Assembly (NCBI GenBank): GCA_035656415.1
Contig: DASRSM010000116.1
Span: 1 to 54,641 of the forward strand
Direction of reading: 5' to 3'
DNA length: 54,641 nt
Source of the DNA: Vulcanimicrobiaceae bacterium
Lineage (GTDB): Bacteria > Vulcanimicrobiota > Vulcanimicrobiia > Vulcanimicrobiales > Vulcanimicrobiaceae
Positions 11,081 through 20,860 of the stretch are shown here, one piece after another; within the stretch, counting starts at the first letter, position 1, and each line of letters begins with the position of its first letter. The notes beneath the pieces are model-generated. The model ran no database searches. It had not been told where the DNA came from and saw only the letters and a list, made by a program, of their open reading frames with translations. The position numbers and the translations under genes are program-made.

Positions 11081-12112
11081 GCCGCTGTCACCCCGACAGG
11101 CGTCGTCGAGGAGGGGCGCCCGGAATCGAAAGCGGAGACTGAGAGCGGTCCTTCGGCTACGGCGCTTCGCGCCTCCGCTCAGGATGACATCGGGGCGACC
11201 GTTCACGCGAGTCCGGCGATTCGGCGATTCGCACGCGAGTTAGGCGTCGATCTGCATTCGTTGCGTGGAAGCGGTCCGCACGGGCGCATCACGCGCGACG
11301 ACGTCCAAAACTTCGTCAAAGATGCGCTTGAGGGCGGAGGCGCCCTGCGACAGGCTCAGGGTGACGCCGGAGGGTTCGCGGGGCTTCCGCCGTGGCCGAA
11401 AGTCGACTTCGCGCAGTTCGGCGAGATCGAGCGCAAGCCGCTGCCGCGCATCAAGAAGATCTCGGGACCGAATCTGCACCGCAACTGGCTGCAGATACCG
11501 CACATCACCAATCAAGACGAAGCCGACATCACCGATCTCGAAGCGTTCCGCAACGAGATCAACGCCGAGCAAGCCAAACGCAACGGCCCGAAGTTGACGA
11601 TGCTGGCGTTCTTGGTTAAGGCGTGCGTCGCCGCACTGCAAAAGTTCCCGGAGTTCAACGCGTCGCTCGACGGCGACGACCTCGTTTTCAAACGCTACTA
11701 CAACATCGGATTCGCGGCCGACACGCCCAACGGATTAATCGTCCCCGTGCTCAAGAACGCCGATCGCAAAGGCCTGCTGGAGATTGCGGCCGAGAGCGCC
11801 GCGCTCGCCGGCAAAGCGCGCGAAGGGAAACTCGGCATGGGCGACATGCAGGGCGGCACCTTTACCATCTCGTCGATCGGCGGCATCGGCGGGACCGCGT
11901 TCACGCAGATCGTCAACGCTCCGGAAGTAGCGATCCTCGGCGCGGTACGTTCCGCGATGAAGCCGGTATGGAACGGCAACGAGTTCGTCCCGCGACTGCT
12001 CTTGCCGATCAGCGTCAGCTACGACCACCGCGTGGTCGACGGCGCCGGCGCCGCGCGCTTCCTTACCTTCGTTGCGAGACTTTTGGCCGACTTCCGGAGG
12101 GTCGCGCTCTAG
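10508..12112 (+). CDS. aceF: dihydrolipoamide acetyltransferase E2 with two lipoyl domains
   Basis: 534 aa. Two lipoyl domains (..LESEKASMEVP..), a peripheral-subunit-binding domain (ASPAIRRFARELGVDL), and a catalytic domain with DHRVVDG. Starts 1 nt after the aceE stop. Confidence 0.94.
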   Translation: MSTIDVRVPDIGDFKDVPVIEVLVKAGDTVAKETPLVVLESEKASMEVPSSSSGVVADVKVKPGDKVSEGSVLLTLQGDGTPAGILSPSTSLPSEATLRTGEVEGQAPQPSAESQTTIELTVPDIGDFKDVPVVDVLVKAGDAIAKEAPLVVLESEKASMEVPASAGGTIVDVKVKPGDKVSQGSVIATLSAAVTPTGVVEEGRPESKAETESGPSATALRASAQDDIGATVHASPAIRRFARELGVDLHSLRGSGPHGRITRDDVQNFVKDALEGGGALRQAQGDAGGFAGLPPWPKVDFAQFGEIERKPLPRIKKISGPNLHRNWLQIPHITNQDEADITDLEAFRNEINAEQAKRNGPKLTMLAFLVKACVAALQKFPEFNASLDGDDLVFKRYYNIGFAADTPNGLIVPVLKNADRKGLLEIAAESAALAGKAREGKLGMGDMQGGTFTISSIGGIGGTAFTQIVNAPEVAILGAVRSAMKPVWNGNEFVPRLLLPISVSYDHRVVDGAGAARFLTFVARLLADFRRVAL

Positions 12113-12131
12113 AGTTTCGAAGCGCCCTCGG

Positions 12132-13727
12132 ATGAGGCGTTCGGTTTGGCTCGGCCTTCTTTTTCTCTTTGCCTGCAGCCGCGCGGGCACGGGCGGCGGT
12201 TGGGGAACGCCGCATGAGATGACGATCGCGCGTGCCAACGACCCCTCGTCGCTCAATCCGCTCGTTGCGTACGATCAACCCGATATCGACATCACGCAAC
12301 TCTATGCCGAGCCGCTCGTCGGCATGAACGCGCGTAACGAACCCATTGCGCTGGTTGCGTCGCGCGTTCCGACCGTCGAAAACGGCGACGTTGCACCCGA
12401 CGGGCGCGAAGTAACGTATCACTTACGGCATGGCGTTCGCTTCGCAGACGGCACCTCGTTAACCTCAAAGGACGTCGCGTTCACCTATCGCGCGATTCTC
12501 GACCCGCGCAATCCGACGACCGAAACGCAGCCGTATCGCGAAATCGAGCGATTCGAGACACCGGATCCGTACACGGTCGTGCTGCATTTTCGACGACCCT
12601 GGTCGGCAGCGACTGCCGCGCTTTTTGCCGAGACGGATTTTATCTACGGCATCCTTCCATCGAAGGCGTTTGCGAGTACCGACGTATCGCACTCGGCGTG
12701 GAACGACCGCCCCTACGGCAGCGGCCCGTTCCGCGTGGTCACGTGGAATCGCGGCGACGAAATCGTGCTCGAACCGAATCCTTACGCGTGGCGAAAACCG
12801 CACCTGCGGCGGCTCGTGCTGAAAATCGTGCCCGACCGGAACACGGCACTGCTGCTGTTCCAAACTCATGCCGTCGACGTCGACGATTACGTAACCAACG
12901 ATCAGGTTTCGCAAAACCGCGCCACGCTCGGCTCGTCGCTCGTTCGCACCGAGAAGAATCACGTCGCCTATGCAGCCTTCGAAATCAAGCGCTTTCCGAC
13001 GGACGATCCGCTGGTGCGAAAGGCGTTGACCGAAGCAATCGATACCGCCGAGATCGCTCGCAAGGTCTACCACGGCCTATGGCCGGTCGCGACAACCGAA
13101 ATGGCGCCCGTCCTTTGGGCGCACGACTCCTCGGTTCGACCGTATACGTACGATCCGGCGGCGGCGGCGCGCGATTTAGATGCGGCGGGTTGGAAAAGCA
13201 GCGGAAAGGTCCGCGCGAAAGCGGGGCGTCCGCTGACCGTGGATATCGCCTACGAGGGCCCGAGCCCTGACGGACGTTCGACCGCGACGGTCCTTCAAGA
13301 ATATCTCTCGCGGATCGGGGTGGACGCGGCGGTTCGCGGGTATCCCACGAACGTCTTCTACGACGTGCCCGACGGCGTCTATTACGGCGGCCGTTTCAAC
13401 CTCGCCGTCACGGGTTTTTACGGCGGTTTGGATCCGGAACAGAGCGAGTTTTGGACGTGCGACCGCGTCGCGCCGAACGGCCCGAACACGCCGCGGTTTT
13501 GCGATCGCGCCTATGACGCACTCTTCCTGCGGCAATCCCAGCTCATCGACCGGCGCGCGCGCCAAGCCGTTTTCGACCAGATGCAGCGCATCGTGGCGCA
13601 GTCCGCGATTTTCGTCCCGCTCCTCTACCGCGGCGATTACTCGGCGGTCAACCCGGCGGTGCGTGGCTGGGCGCCGAACATGCTGTTCGAATTTTCCAAC
13701 GGCAACGACTGGGACGTGGTTCGTTAA
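12132..13727 (+). CDS. ABC transporter substrate-binding protein, family 5 (peptide/nickel type), lipoprotein
   Basis: Track ORF 12072..13727. The likely start is ATG 12132, giving MRRSVWLGLLFLFAC (signal plus Cys). DppA/OppA-like sequence throughout. No cognate permease or ATPase adjacent. Confidence 0.8.
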   Translation: MRRSVWLGLLFLFACSRAGTGGGWGTPHEMTIARANDPSSLNPLVAYDQPDIDITQLYAEPLVGMNARNEPIALVASRVPTVENGDVAPDGREVTYHLRHGVRFADGTSLTSKDVAFTYRAILDPRNPTTETQPYREIERFETPDPYTVVLHFRRPWSAATAALFAETDFIYGILPSKAFASTDVSHSAWNDRPYGSGPFRVVTWNRGDEIVLEPNPYAWRKPHLRRLVLKIVPDRNTALLLFQTHAVDVDDYVTNDQVSQNRATLGSSLVRTEKNHVAYAAFEIKRFPTDDPLVRKALTEAIDTAEIARKVYHGLWPVATTEMAPVLWAHDSSVRPYTYDPAAAARDLDAAGWKSSGKVRAKAGRPLTVDIAYEGPSPDGRSTATVLQEYLSRIGVDAAVRGYPTNVFYDVPDGVYYGGRFNLAVTGFYGGLDPEQSEFWTCDRVAPNGPNTPRFCDRAYDALFLRQSQLIDRRARQAVFDQMQRIVAQSAIFVPLLYRGDYSAVNPAVRGWAPNMLFEFSNGNDWDVVR

Positions 13728-13812
13728 CGGGCCGTCCCCAAACCTGACGGCACCTGTCAGGTATGCCTTGCTAGGCTAGGACAAAACCTAGGCCTACATG
13801 AGGAGCTCGAAA

Positions 13813-14187
13813 ATGCCCGTCACCGATTCGAAGAAAACCGCGACCGTCACCGGCATCGACATCGCCGGCTGGCTCGTCGAAGACCCTGCCCAATCGATCG
13901 CCTTTTATCGCGACGTTCTCGGGATGCAGCCGACCGCGGTCGACCCCGAGGGACGCGGCGCCGAGTTTACCCTTGCCGATGGATCGACGTTCGGAGTGTG
14001 GCGCGAGCCCGGTGCGAAAACCGGCGGGTTCGTCATGCTCGCCGTCAACGATATCGCTACGGCCATCGAGCAGTACCGCGCGAAAGGCTTAACCGTCAGC
14101 GACGCGAGTGAGTCTCCGGTGTGCCACATGGCGTTCACTCAGGACAACGAAGGCAATGGCCTCATCATCCACCAGCGGAAGCCGTAA
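13813..14187 (+). CDS. VOC (glyoxalase/bleomycin-resistance) family protein
   Basis: Track ORF from 13798. GAGGAG at 13800-13805 sits 7 nt before ATG 13813, which favours that start. Sequence GWLVEDPAQSIAFYRDVLGM.. is typical of the VOC fold. Confidence 0.8.
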   Translation: MPVTDSKKTATVTGIDIAGWLVEDPAQSIAFYRDVLGMQPTAVDPEGRGAEFTLADGSTFGVWREPGAKTGGFVMLAVNDIATAIEQYRAKGLTVSDASESPVCHMAFTQDNEGNGLIIHQRKP

Positions 14188-15133
14188 GGGCTGCGTAGGC
14201 GAGGAGAAGCTGCCGGGCGCGCGCGATCGCCGCGTCGCGCACCCCGGCGGGCTCCAAGACTTTCGCAACGTCGGCCCAAGCGACGGCTTGAAAGACGGCG
14301 ATTTCTCGGCCGGGGAAGAGCACGCGGACGATCCACTCCGGGCCGTTTGTCTCGAGCATTTCTACCGGCCAGTAGCTGTTGACGCGATCGATCGCGCCGG
14401 CCGCGACCGCGAACGTTACCGGGATTTCTTCAGTGCGCGAACTCTCGGCGAAACGCAGAATCGACTCGCTCCAGTAGCGTTCGAGATCGAATTCGAGCGG
14501 GCGCTCGAAGTGTTCCTCGAGCTCTTCGACGTGGGCGATCCGCTCGACGCGAAACGTGCGGAGCTCGCCTTTGCTTCGTGCGACGAGATACCACACGCCG
14601 GCTTTTGAGACCAGTCCCAACGGATCGACGTCCCGTGTCGACGACGTGCGATTCCGGTCATGGTACGTCATGTGCACGCAACGGTCGTCCCACACCGCGT
14701 GCCGCAGCACGGCGAGCAGTTCGCGAGGCGGTTCCGGTTGATTCCAACGCCGTCCGTCGAGAAAAATGCGCGATCGTGATTTTTCGGCAGCGCGGCGATG
14801 CACGTCCGCCAATCCGCCCTGGAGTTTTTCCAGCGCGCGATCGTAGCCGCGGTCGTAACCGAGATCGGCAAGCGGACTCGCTCCCGAAACGAACAGCGCG
14901 CGAATCTCGTCTTCGTTGAAGTGCGTCAGCGTGCGCCGGTAGCCTTCGGCGATCGCGATGCCGCCGGTCGAACCGCGCTCGGCGTACACCGGGACGCCCG
15001 CGGCGCTGAGTGCGTCGACGTCGCGGTAGATCGTTCGCTCGGAGACTTCCAGCATTTCGGCGAGCATCGGTGCGCTGCACTGGCGTCGCGATTGCAGCAC
15101 CAGCAGCAGCGAAATGAGACGATCGGCTTTCAT
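14165..15133 (-). CDS. YafY-family transcriptional regulator (HTH + WYL domain)
   Basis: 322 aa. The N-terminus MKADRLISLLLVLQSRRQCSAPMLAEMLEVSERTIYRDVDALSAAGVPVYAERG is the classic DeoR-like HTH of YafY/WYL regulators. A WYL-like central part follows (..GVWYLVA..). Confidence 0.88.
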   Translation of the reverse strand: MKADRLISLLLVLQSRRQCSAPMLAEMLEVSERTIYRDVDALSAAGVPVYAERGSTGGIAIAEGYRRTLTHFNEDEIRALFVSGASPLADLGYDRGYDRALEKLQGGLADVHRRAAEKSRSRIFLDGRRWNQPEPPRELLAVLRHAVWDDRCVHMTYHDRNRTSSTRDVDPLGLVSKAGVWYLVARSKGELRTFRVERIAHVEELEEHFERPLEFDLERYWSESILRFAESSRTEEIPVTFAVAAGAIDRVNSYWPVEMLETNGPEWIVRVLFPGREIAVFQAVAWADVAKVLEPAGVRDAAIARARQLLLAYAALTASAGG

Positions 15134-15145
15134 GGCAGTTCTACA

Positions 15146-15781
15146 TTACCTGACCGCGCGGAAGCGGCCGGCGAGATTTCGGCCGACGATCCGCCAAAGC
15201 ACTCCCGCTACGAAAATCACCCAAAACGTCGTTTCGATGGGCTGGTGAAACTCCCACACGATGAGCGTCGTCAAAATCGTCGCCAGCCCGATGGTGGCCA
15301 GCCGGCCCGTCTTGAACGCACCGGCTTCGCGGTCGTCCGCCGGGATCGAGTTCCATCCAACTCGCAGGCTGATACCGTACAGCAACGCCAGCAGAATCCA
15401 CATGGTTCCGAAGGTGACGAGATACGATACGGTCGCAAACGCATGGTCGACGGTCGGCGCGAAGTGCACGTACAGTTGAAACTGGTAAGTAAGCCAGATG
15501 ATCGACGCGAGCGTCGCGAAGTTGACGACGATCGTCGACGCTGTGGGTACGAACAGGTGATCGAACAGCCAATGATGCGAGTACCACGTCGTCGCGACGA
15601 TGAGAAACGTCGCGACGAACGCGATCGGTGCGATCGAGTGCGTATAGACGTCCGCCGGATGCGCCGGCATGACGAAACTCAGGCTCATTTGGGCCAAGCT
15701 AAAGCCCATGACGATATCGGAAAACGCCTCCAGACGGTGCGTTAACCGCTCTTCGTGCGCGCCGGCGAACCGCGCGCTCAG
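15146..15781 (-). CDS. TMEM175/DUF1211-family membrane protein (putative K+ channel); start codon uncertain
   Basis: Track ORF 15146..15709 starts at an ATG inside TM1. The family signature RLEAFSD lies in frame just upstream. The frame is open back to a TAA at 15911-15913 and contains no ATG/GTG/TTG. CTG at 15781-15779 overlaps the acnA stop (CTGA). Confidence 0.7.
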   Translation of the reverse strand: MSARFAGAHEERLTHRLEAFSDIVMGFSLAQMSLSFVMPAHPADVYTHSIAPIAFVATFLIVATTWYSHHWLFDHLFVPTASTIVVNFATLASIIWLTYQFQLYVHFAPTVDHAFATVSYLVTFGTMWILLALLYGISLRVGWNSIPADDREAGAFKTGRLATIGLATILTTLIVWEFHQPIETTFWVIFVAGVLWRIVGRNLAGRFRAVR

Positions 15782-18522
15782 GTTTTCCTGAGCTGCCGCA
15801 GTACGTATTGGAGGATACCACCATGGCGATAGTATTCGGCTTCGTCGGGCGTGTCGATTCGTACGCGAACTTTGAACTCGATCGACGTGTTCGTCTTGGG
15901 ATCGGTGGCCTTAACCGTCGCGTGCATCCGCGGCGTTATGCCGCCGGCGATTCCGGTGACGTCGTACACTTCTTCGCCCGTTAGTCCGAACGTCGAGCGG
16001 TTTGCACGATCGACGAACTCCAGCGGAAGAATTCCCATGCCGATCAGGTTGCTGCGATGAATGCGCTCGAACGACTCGGCGATCACCGCCTTGATTCCAA
16101 GGAGAGACGGACCCTTGGCGGCCCAGTCGCGCGACGAGCCCGAACCGTACTCGCGTCCGGCGAGAACGATCAAGGGCGTCTGGGCGCTTTGATACTTCAT
16201 CGCCGCGTCGAAAATCGACATCTGCTCGCCGCTGGGCAGGTACCGCGTAAAGCCGCCCTCGACTCCCGGAACGAGATGGTTGCGCAAACGGACGTTGGCA
16301 AACGTACCGCGCGTCATCACCTCGTGATTGCCGCGCCGCGCGCCGTACGAATTGAAATCCTTCGGCTCGATGCCTCGCTCCATGAGATACTTCGCGGCCG
16401 GACTCGTGCGCGAGATGCTGCCCGCCGGCGAAATGTGGTCGGTGGTAACGGAGTCGCCGAGCACCGCCAGCACGCGCGCTCCGGCGACGTCGTTCAGCGC
16501 CGCCGGCTGCTCGGGCATGCCGTCGAAGTACGGCGGATTCTTGATATATTCCGACTTCGGATCCCACGCGTAGCGTTCGCTCGGCGTCACTTGCAGCTTC
16601 GCCCAGTTGTCGTCGCCGTGGAACACGTCCGAATAGCGCGATTTGAACATCTCGTCGGTGATGCAGCTTGCGATCGTCTGCTCGATCTCGGCGTCGTTCG
16701 GCCAAATATCCTTGAGGTACACCGGGTTCCCGTCGCTGCCGGTGCCGAGCGGCTCGCGGGTGAGATCGACGTCCATGCGGCCCGCGAGCGCGTAAGCCAC
16801 TACCAGCGGCGGTGATGCGAGATAGTTGGCGTGCACTTGCGGATGGATTCGGCCTTCGAAATTGCGATTGCCCGAAAGCACTGCCGCAACGATGAGATGC
16901 TGCTCGGCGATCGTCTCCGCGACGTCCGGCGGAAGCGGACCGGAGTTTCCGATGCACGTCGTGCATCCGTAACCGACGAGGTTGAATCCAAGCTTGTCGA
17001 GATGCGGCTGCAAACCGGCTTTCGCCAAGTAGTCGGTCACGACTTTGGATCCCGGCGCGAGCGACGTTTTCACCCACGGCTGCGTTTTGAGTCCACGCTG
17101 CACCGCGTTGCGCGCGAGCAGGCCGGCGCCGACGAGGACCGATGGATTCGACGTGTTCGTGCACGACGTAATCGCGGCGATCACGACCGAACCGTCGGCA
17201 ACGTTTTTCTCGGTCTGCGCGATGGTTGCCGTTCCGCCGCCGCCCTCGCTTTGGAAACTCGCGACCGCATTGTTTTCCTTGTCGCGCACGGCGAGCCACT
17301 CTTCCATCGCGGCACCGAACGAGCGCTTCACGTCGCCGAGCGTCACCCGGTCTTGTGGGCGCTTCGGTCCCGCGAGGCTCGGTTCGACGGTCGAGAGATC
17401 GAGCTGGAGCACGTCGTGATACTGCGGATCGGGCGTCGCGTCGGTACGGAACAAGCCTTGCGCCTTCGCGTAGGCTTCGACGAGCGCGATGTGATCGGCG
17501 CTGCGACCGGTGAGCCGCAAATATTCGAGCGTTCGATCGTCGATCGGGAAGATCGCAACCGTCGAGCCGAACTCCGGCGACATGTTTCCGATCGTCGTGC
17601 GATCGGCGACCGGCAACTCCGATAGTCCGCGACCGAAGAACTCGACGAACTTCCCGACGACGCCTTTCTTGCGCAGCATCTCGGTGACGGTAAGCACGAG
17701 ATCGGTTGCGGTAACGCCTTCGCGCAGCTCGCCTTCCAAACGGAAACCGATGACTTCGGGAATGAGCATCGTGACCGGTTGGCCGAGCATCGCGGCTTCA
17801 GCTTCAATGCCGCCGACACCCCATGCGAGCACGCCGAGGCCGTCGACCATCGTCGTGTGCGAATCGGTTCCGACGCACGTATCGGGATATGCCAGCAGCT
17901 TGCCGTCGAGCTGGACCGAGTCGCCGGCTCGCGCACCGAAGATCACGCGTGCCAAGTACTCGATGTTGACTTGATGCACGATGCCCGTGTCGGGCGGCAC
18001 CGCGCGAAAATCGGAAAGCGCTTCCTGGCCCCATTTCAAAAACGCATAGCGTTCGCGATTGCGCTCGAACTCGATCTCGGCATTTTTGGCGAGCGCGTCG
18101 GGGCTTCCGAAGAAATCGATCTGCACCGAATGATCGATGACCAGCTCCACCGGCTGCAGCGGATTGATTTTCTTCGGATCGCCGCCCATCGCCGCCATCG
18201 CGTCGCGCATCGCGGCGAGATCGACGACGCACGGAACGCCCGTGAAGTCTTGCAGCAGGACGCGTGCGGGGCGAAACGCGATTTCCTTGTCGTGGCGCGC
18301 CGCAGGATCCCACTTCGCGAGCGCCTCGATGTCGTGACGCGTCACCGAGCGGCCGTCTTCGAATCGCAGCAAGTTCTCGAGCAAGATTTTGATCGAGAAC
18401 GGCAGTCGCGCGAGACTCGTTAGCCCGGCTTTTTCGAGCGCGTCGAGACGAAAATAGGCATAGGAGCGATCGCCGGCGCGAAGCGTATCGACGGCGTTGA
18501 AGCTATTGCTGGGCTGATTCAT
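15778..18522 (-). CDS. acnA: aconitate hydratase A
   Basis: Track ORF 15778..18663. Aconitase sequence begins at ATG 18522 ([26 protein letters not shown]...). About 914 aa, with typical AcnA/IRP motifs throughout. Confidence 0.95.
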   Translation of the reverse strand: MNQPSNSFNAVDTLRAGDRSYAYFRLDALEKAGLTSLARLPFSIKILLENLLRFEDGRSVTRHDIEALAKWDPAARHDKEIAFRPARVLLQDFTGVPCVVDLAAMRDAMAAMGGDPKKINPLQPVELVIDHSVQIDFFGSPDALAKNAEIEFERNRERYAFLKWGQEALSDFRAVPPDTGIVHQVNIEYLARVIFGARAGDSVQLDGKLLAYPDTCVGTDSHTTMVDGLGVLAWGVGGIEAEAAMLGQPVTMLIPEVIGFRLEGELREGVTATDLVLTVTEMLRKKGVVGKFVEFFGRGLSELPVADRTTIGNMSPEFGSTVAIFPIDDRTLEYLRLTGRSADHIALVEAYAKAQGLFRTDATPDPQYHDVLQLDLSTVEPSLAGPKRPQDRVTLGDVKRSFGAAMEEWLAVRDKENNAVASFQSEGGGGTATIAQTEKNVADGSVVIAAITSCTNTSNPSVLVGAGLLARNAVQRGLKTQPWVKTSLAPGSKVVTDYLAKAGLQPHLDKLGFNLVGYGCTTCIGNSGPLPPDVAETIAEQHLIVAAVLSGNRNFEGRIHPQVHANYLASPPLVVAYALAGRMDVDLTREPLGTGSDGNPVYLKDIWPNDAEIEQTIASCITDEMFKSRYSDVFHGDDNWAKLQVTPSERYAWDPKSEYIKNPPYFDGMPEQPAALNDVAGARVLAVLGDSVTTDHISPAGSISRTSPAAKYLMERGIEPKDFNSYGARRGNHEVMTRGTFANVRLRNHLVPGVEGGFTRYLPSGEQMSIFDAAMKYQSAQTPLIVLAGREYGSGSSRDWAAKGPSLLGIKAVIAESFERIHRSNLIGMGILPLEFVDRANRSTFGLTGEEVYDVTGIAGGITPRMHATVKATDPKTNTSIEFKVRVRIDTPDEAEYYRHGGILQYVLRQLRKT

Positions 18523-19690
18523 CGGACAGGCGTATTTTGGGGTCGCCTTCCGCGTAGCCTTCGATGCGAAGGACGGAGTCGCCGGACAAAAGCCGCCACA
18601 GCGCGTCGCCGACGAGTTCCAGGCGCCAGGGCGACAATGTGAGTGCCGCGTCGAACGCGGCACGATCGCGAGGAGCCTCGCGCGCGAGCCGCTCGAGGAC
18701 GGCGCGCGGCACCACCAGACTGGCGGGCAGGTCGGCCTCCCGCGCCAATTCGCCGACGACTACGCCCAGCAGCGAGACGAGCGTATCGCGCGACGGGCCG
18801 AGCGGCCGCTGCGGCTTTTCGGGAAGGCCGGCGTCGTCCAGCGCCTGACCGCGCGCGACCGCGTCCAGAACGGCCGTTCCCAACTGACGGCGCGCGCCGG
18901 CATCGAGCCGCCGCAGCTGCGCGAGATCGTCGAGCGTTTTTGGACGCAGTGTCGCCAAACCGGCGACGACGTCGTCGGGAATCACGTATTTTACCGGGAC
19001 GTCGCGGTCGCGTGCGATGCGATCGCGCAGCTTGACGATCTCGTTGAGAATGCCGAGCTCGCGGCGATTCATCCGCATCGCTCCCGGGATTCGAAGATAC
19101 GCGCGACGCTCGTCGGTGCGATACCGCTCGACGTCGCCCAGCTCTTCGCATTCCTCGTGCGCCCACTCCAAACGCCCTTTTCTCTCGAGCCGTTCGCGCA
19201 GCACGTCGTACATCGGCAGCAAGTGCGCGACGTCGTCGACGAGATACTCGATCTGTCGTTCAGAAAACGGACGCGACGACCAGTCGCTGACCGTCTGCGA
19301 TTTTGCAAGCCGTACGTGCTGCAGATCGCGCACCAAGTCCGCGAGCGAAATCTGCATGCCGTATCCGAGAAACGCCGCCATGATCTGCGTGTCGAAAACG
19401 CGCGGCGGCACGCGATCGAAGCGGTCGGCGAAGATCTTCAAGTCCGAAGAGAGCGCGTGACCGATAACGGTCGTTTCGCGCAGCGCGTCCGCGAGCGGCG
19501 CGATGTCGGTGACGGCGAGCGGATCGACGATGGCCGCAGCGTCGTCGAACGCCAGCTGCACCACCATCAGACGCGGTGAATACGTTCGCTCCGCGTGGAA
19601 CTCGGTATCGATCGCGACGCGCTCGGCAGCGCGAACGCGCGCGCAGAGCTCGTCGAGGCCGCGTTTGTCGACGACGATCGACGGAAGCAT
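18503..19690 (-). CDS. rnd: ribonuclease D
   Basis: Track ORF 18503..19879. Likely start is ATG 19690 ([15 protein letters not shown]..). Has the DEDD exonuclease motif (VAIDTEFH) and an HRDC-like region. The stop overlaps the acnA start by 20 nt. Confidence 0.85.
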   Translation of the reverse strand: MLPSIVVDKRGLDELCARVRAAERVAIDTEFHAERTYSPRLMVVQLAFDDAAAIVDPLAVTDIAPLADALRETTVIGHALSSDLKIFADRFDRVPPRVFDTQIMAAFLGYGMQISLADLVRDLQHVRLAKSQTVSDWSSRPFSERQIEYLVDDVAHLLPMYDVLRERLERKGRLEWAHEECEELGDVERYRTDERRAYLRIPGAMRMNRRELGILNEIVKLRDRIARDRDVPVKYVIPDDVVAGLATLRPKTLDDLAQLRRLDAGARRQLGTAVLDAVARGQALDDAGLPEKPQRPLGPSRDTLVSLLGVVVGELAREADLPASLVVPRAVLERLAREAPRDRAAFDAALTLSPWRLELVGDALWRLLSGDSVLRIEGYAEGDPKIRLSDESAQQ

Positions 19691-20334
19691 CACGGCGAAG
19701 GCCTCGGAGCCGGACGGCGGAAGCGGCGGAAATGGAAGTGCGGACAACGATGCGTTTCGCAATAATGCGTCGCGCGCCACTCGGTGCGATGGATGAAGAC
19801 CGTCACGCGATCGCCGAAAATCGCGAGCAGCGTGCAGATCGGTATCGCGATCGCGCACATCGTCCAGACGTGCACCCAAATCGGCACCTTAAACGCTGCC
19901 GCGGTCGCCGTCGCGACGGTCCCGCCGAATCCGGGGATCACGCGAACCGCGAGTAAAAACGCGGGCGATCCGACGGGAAAGCGCTTGACCCAAGCCGGCA
20001 GCCGTTCCAGATATTCGTGCACGTCGAGCAAATGCGTCGCCCGCGTGTTGATCCAGTAGCCGAGCATCGCAGCAAAGACGAGACCGATCGCGTTGACGAT
20101 CGAACCGGTGATGGGTCCGAAGATGGCTCCGTTCATAATCGCCAGCGCGTCGGTCACCGAAAACGGGGCGGAGGCCACTATTGCAAACACGACGACCGCC
20201 AACGGCAGCGCCAATAGGCCGATGTTGCGAATCTCGTGCTCGACTTCGGGCTGATAGCGGATCACGAAGTAGGCCAGCAAAAACGAGGCCACCAGGAGCG
20301 CTAGAGCCGCCGAGCGCCGAACGAGCCGGTTCAA
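19690..20334 (-). CDS. TVP38/TMEM64 (DedA-related) family membrane protein
   Basis: 214 aa with a TTG start. Hydrophobic core with ..FSVTDALAIMNGAIFGP..GSIVNAIG.. typical of TVP38/SNARE-associated family. Cys/His-containing basic tail (HYCETHRCPHFHF). Confidence 0.75.
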   Translation of the reverse strand: MNRLVRRSAALALLVASFLLAYFVIRYQPEVEHEIRNIGLLALPLAVVVFAIVASAPFSVTDALAIMNGAIFGPITGSIVNAIGLVFAAMLGYWINTRATHLLDVHEYLERLPAWVKRFPVGSPAFLLAVRVIPGFGGTVATATAAAFKVPIWVHVWTMCAIAIPICTLLAIFGDRVTVFIHRTEWRATHYCETHRCPHFHFRRFRRPAPRPSP

Positions 20335-20340
20335 TCCGAG

Positions 20341-20763
20341 ATGGTCACGATACTAGAAGTAGCGATCACGGTTCTGTGCGGAGTTGGGCTCTACGTCTCG
20401 CTTTTCATGCTTGGCAAGGCCGACCGGGCCGAGCGCGGCCTTCTCGAGGAGCCCAGCGTCGTCCAAACCCCGCAGGCGCGCCTTTACGGCGGCGTCCCCA
20501 ACGCGGCACTGGGGATCGCTTACTACGCCGCGCTCGCCGCGGCCGTTTGGCTGGTGCGTTCCCGGGTGGGCGCCGCGATCGTGCTCGCCGCGGTGGCTTT
20601 TGCCGCGATCACCTCGATGATACTCGCCTACTCGCTGCTCTTTATAACCAAAAGGGCGTGCCCGTACTGTTGGACGGGACATACGATCAACTGGTCGCTC
20701 GCCGTCCTGGCCCCATGCTTATTCAAAACGATCATATTGTTTGGGATCGCTGTATTTTGGTAG
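20341..20763 (+). CDS. VKOR (vitamin K epoxide reductase)-family membrane protein, atypical
   Basis: 140 aa with 4-5 helices. Has a VKOR-like loop end ..ARLYGGVPNAALGIAYY and the membrane CxxC (CPYC, aa 107-110). The usual loop cysteine pair is absent. Confidence 0.6.
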   Translation: MVTILEVAITVLCGVGLYVSLFMLGKADRAERGLLEEPSVVQTPQARLYGGVPNAALGIAYYAALAAAVWLVRSRVGAAIVLAAVAFAAITSMILAYSLLFITKRACPYCWTGHTINWSLAVLAPCLFKTIILFGIAVFW

Positions 20764-20860
20764 AATCTGCGTCTCCGGTCTGGAACGGTCTCTATGACCG
20801 ATCCGGCCGGAGTGAGAAGTAGCCGGAGCGCAGCGCCAGATTCTACGATCCGGTGAATGG

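Noticed and set aside
10739-11200. Shared DNA strings and small hairpins in the two E2 linkers (tccttcgg...ctacg...gctcagga), considered as an inserted REP/MITE-like element.
   Set aside because: They are in frame and encode similar linker peptides (PS.AT.LR). They are most simply explained by the domain-plus-linker duplication itself.
13743-13795. Palindromic elements between the SBP gene and the VOC gene: CCTGAC-N7-GTCAGG (13743-13761) and CTAGGCTAGG-acaaaa-CCTAGGCCTAC (13771-13797). They were considered as a terminator or a YafY/WYL operator.
   Set aside because: The stems are short (5-6 bp), there is no U-tract and no second copy elsewhere in the window. That is not enough to call a site.
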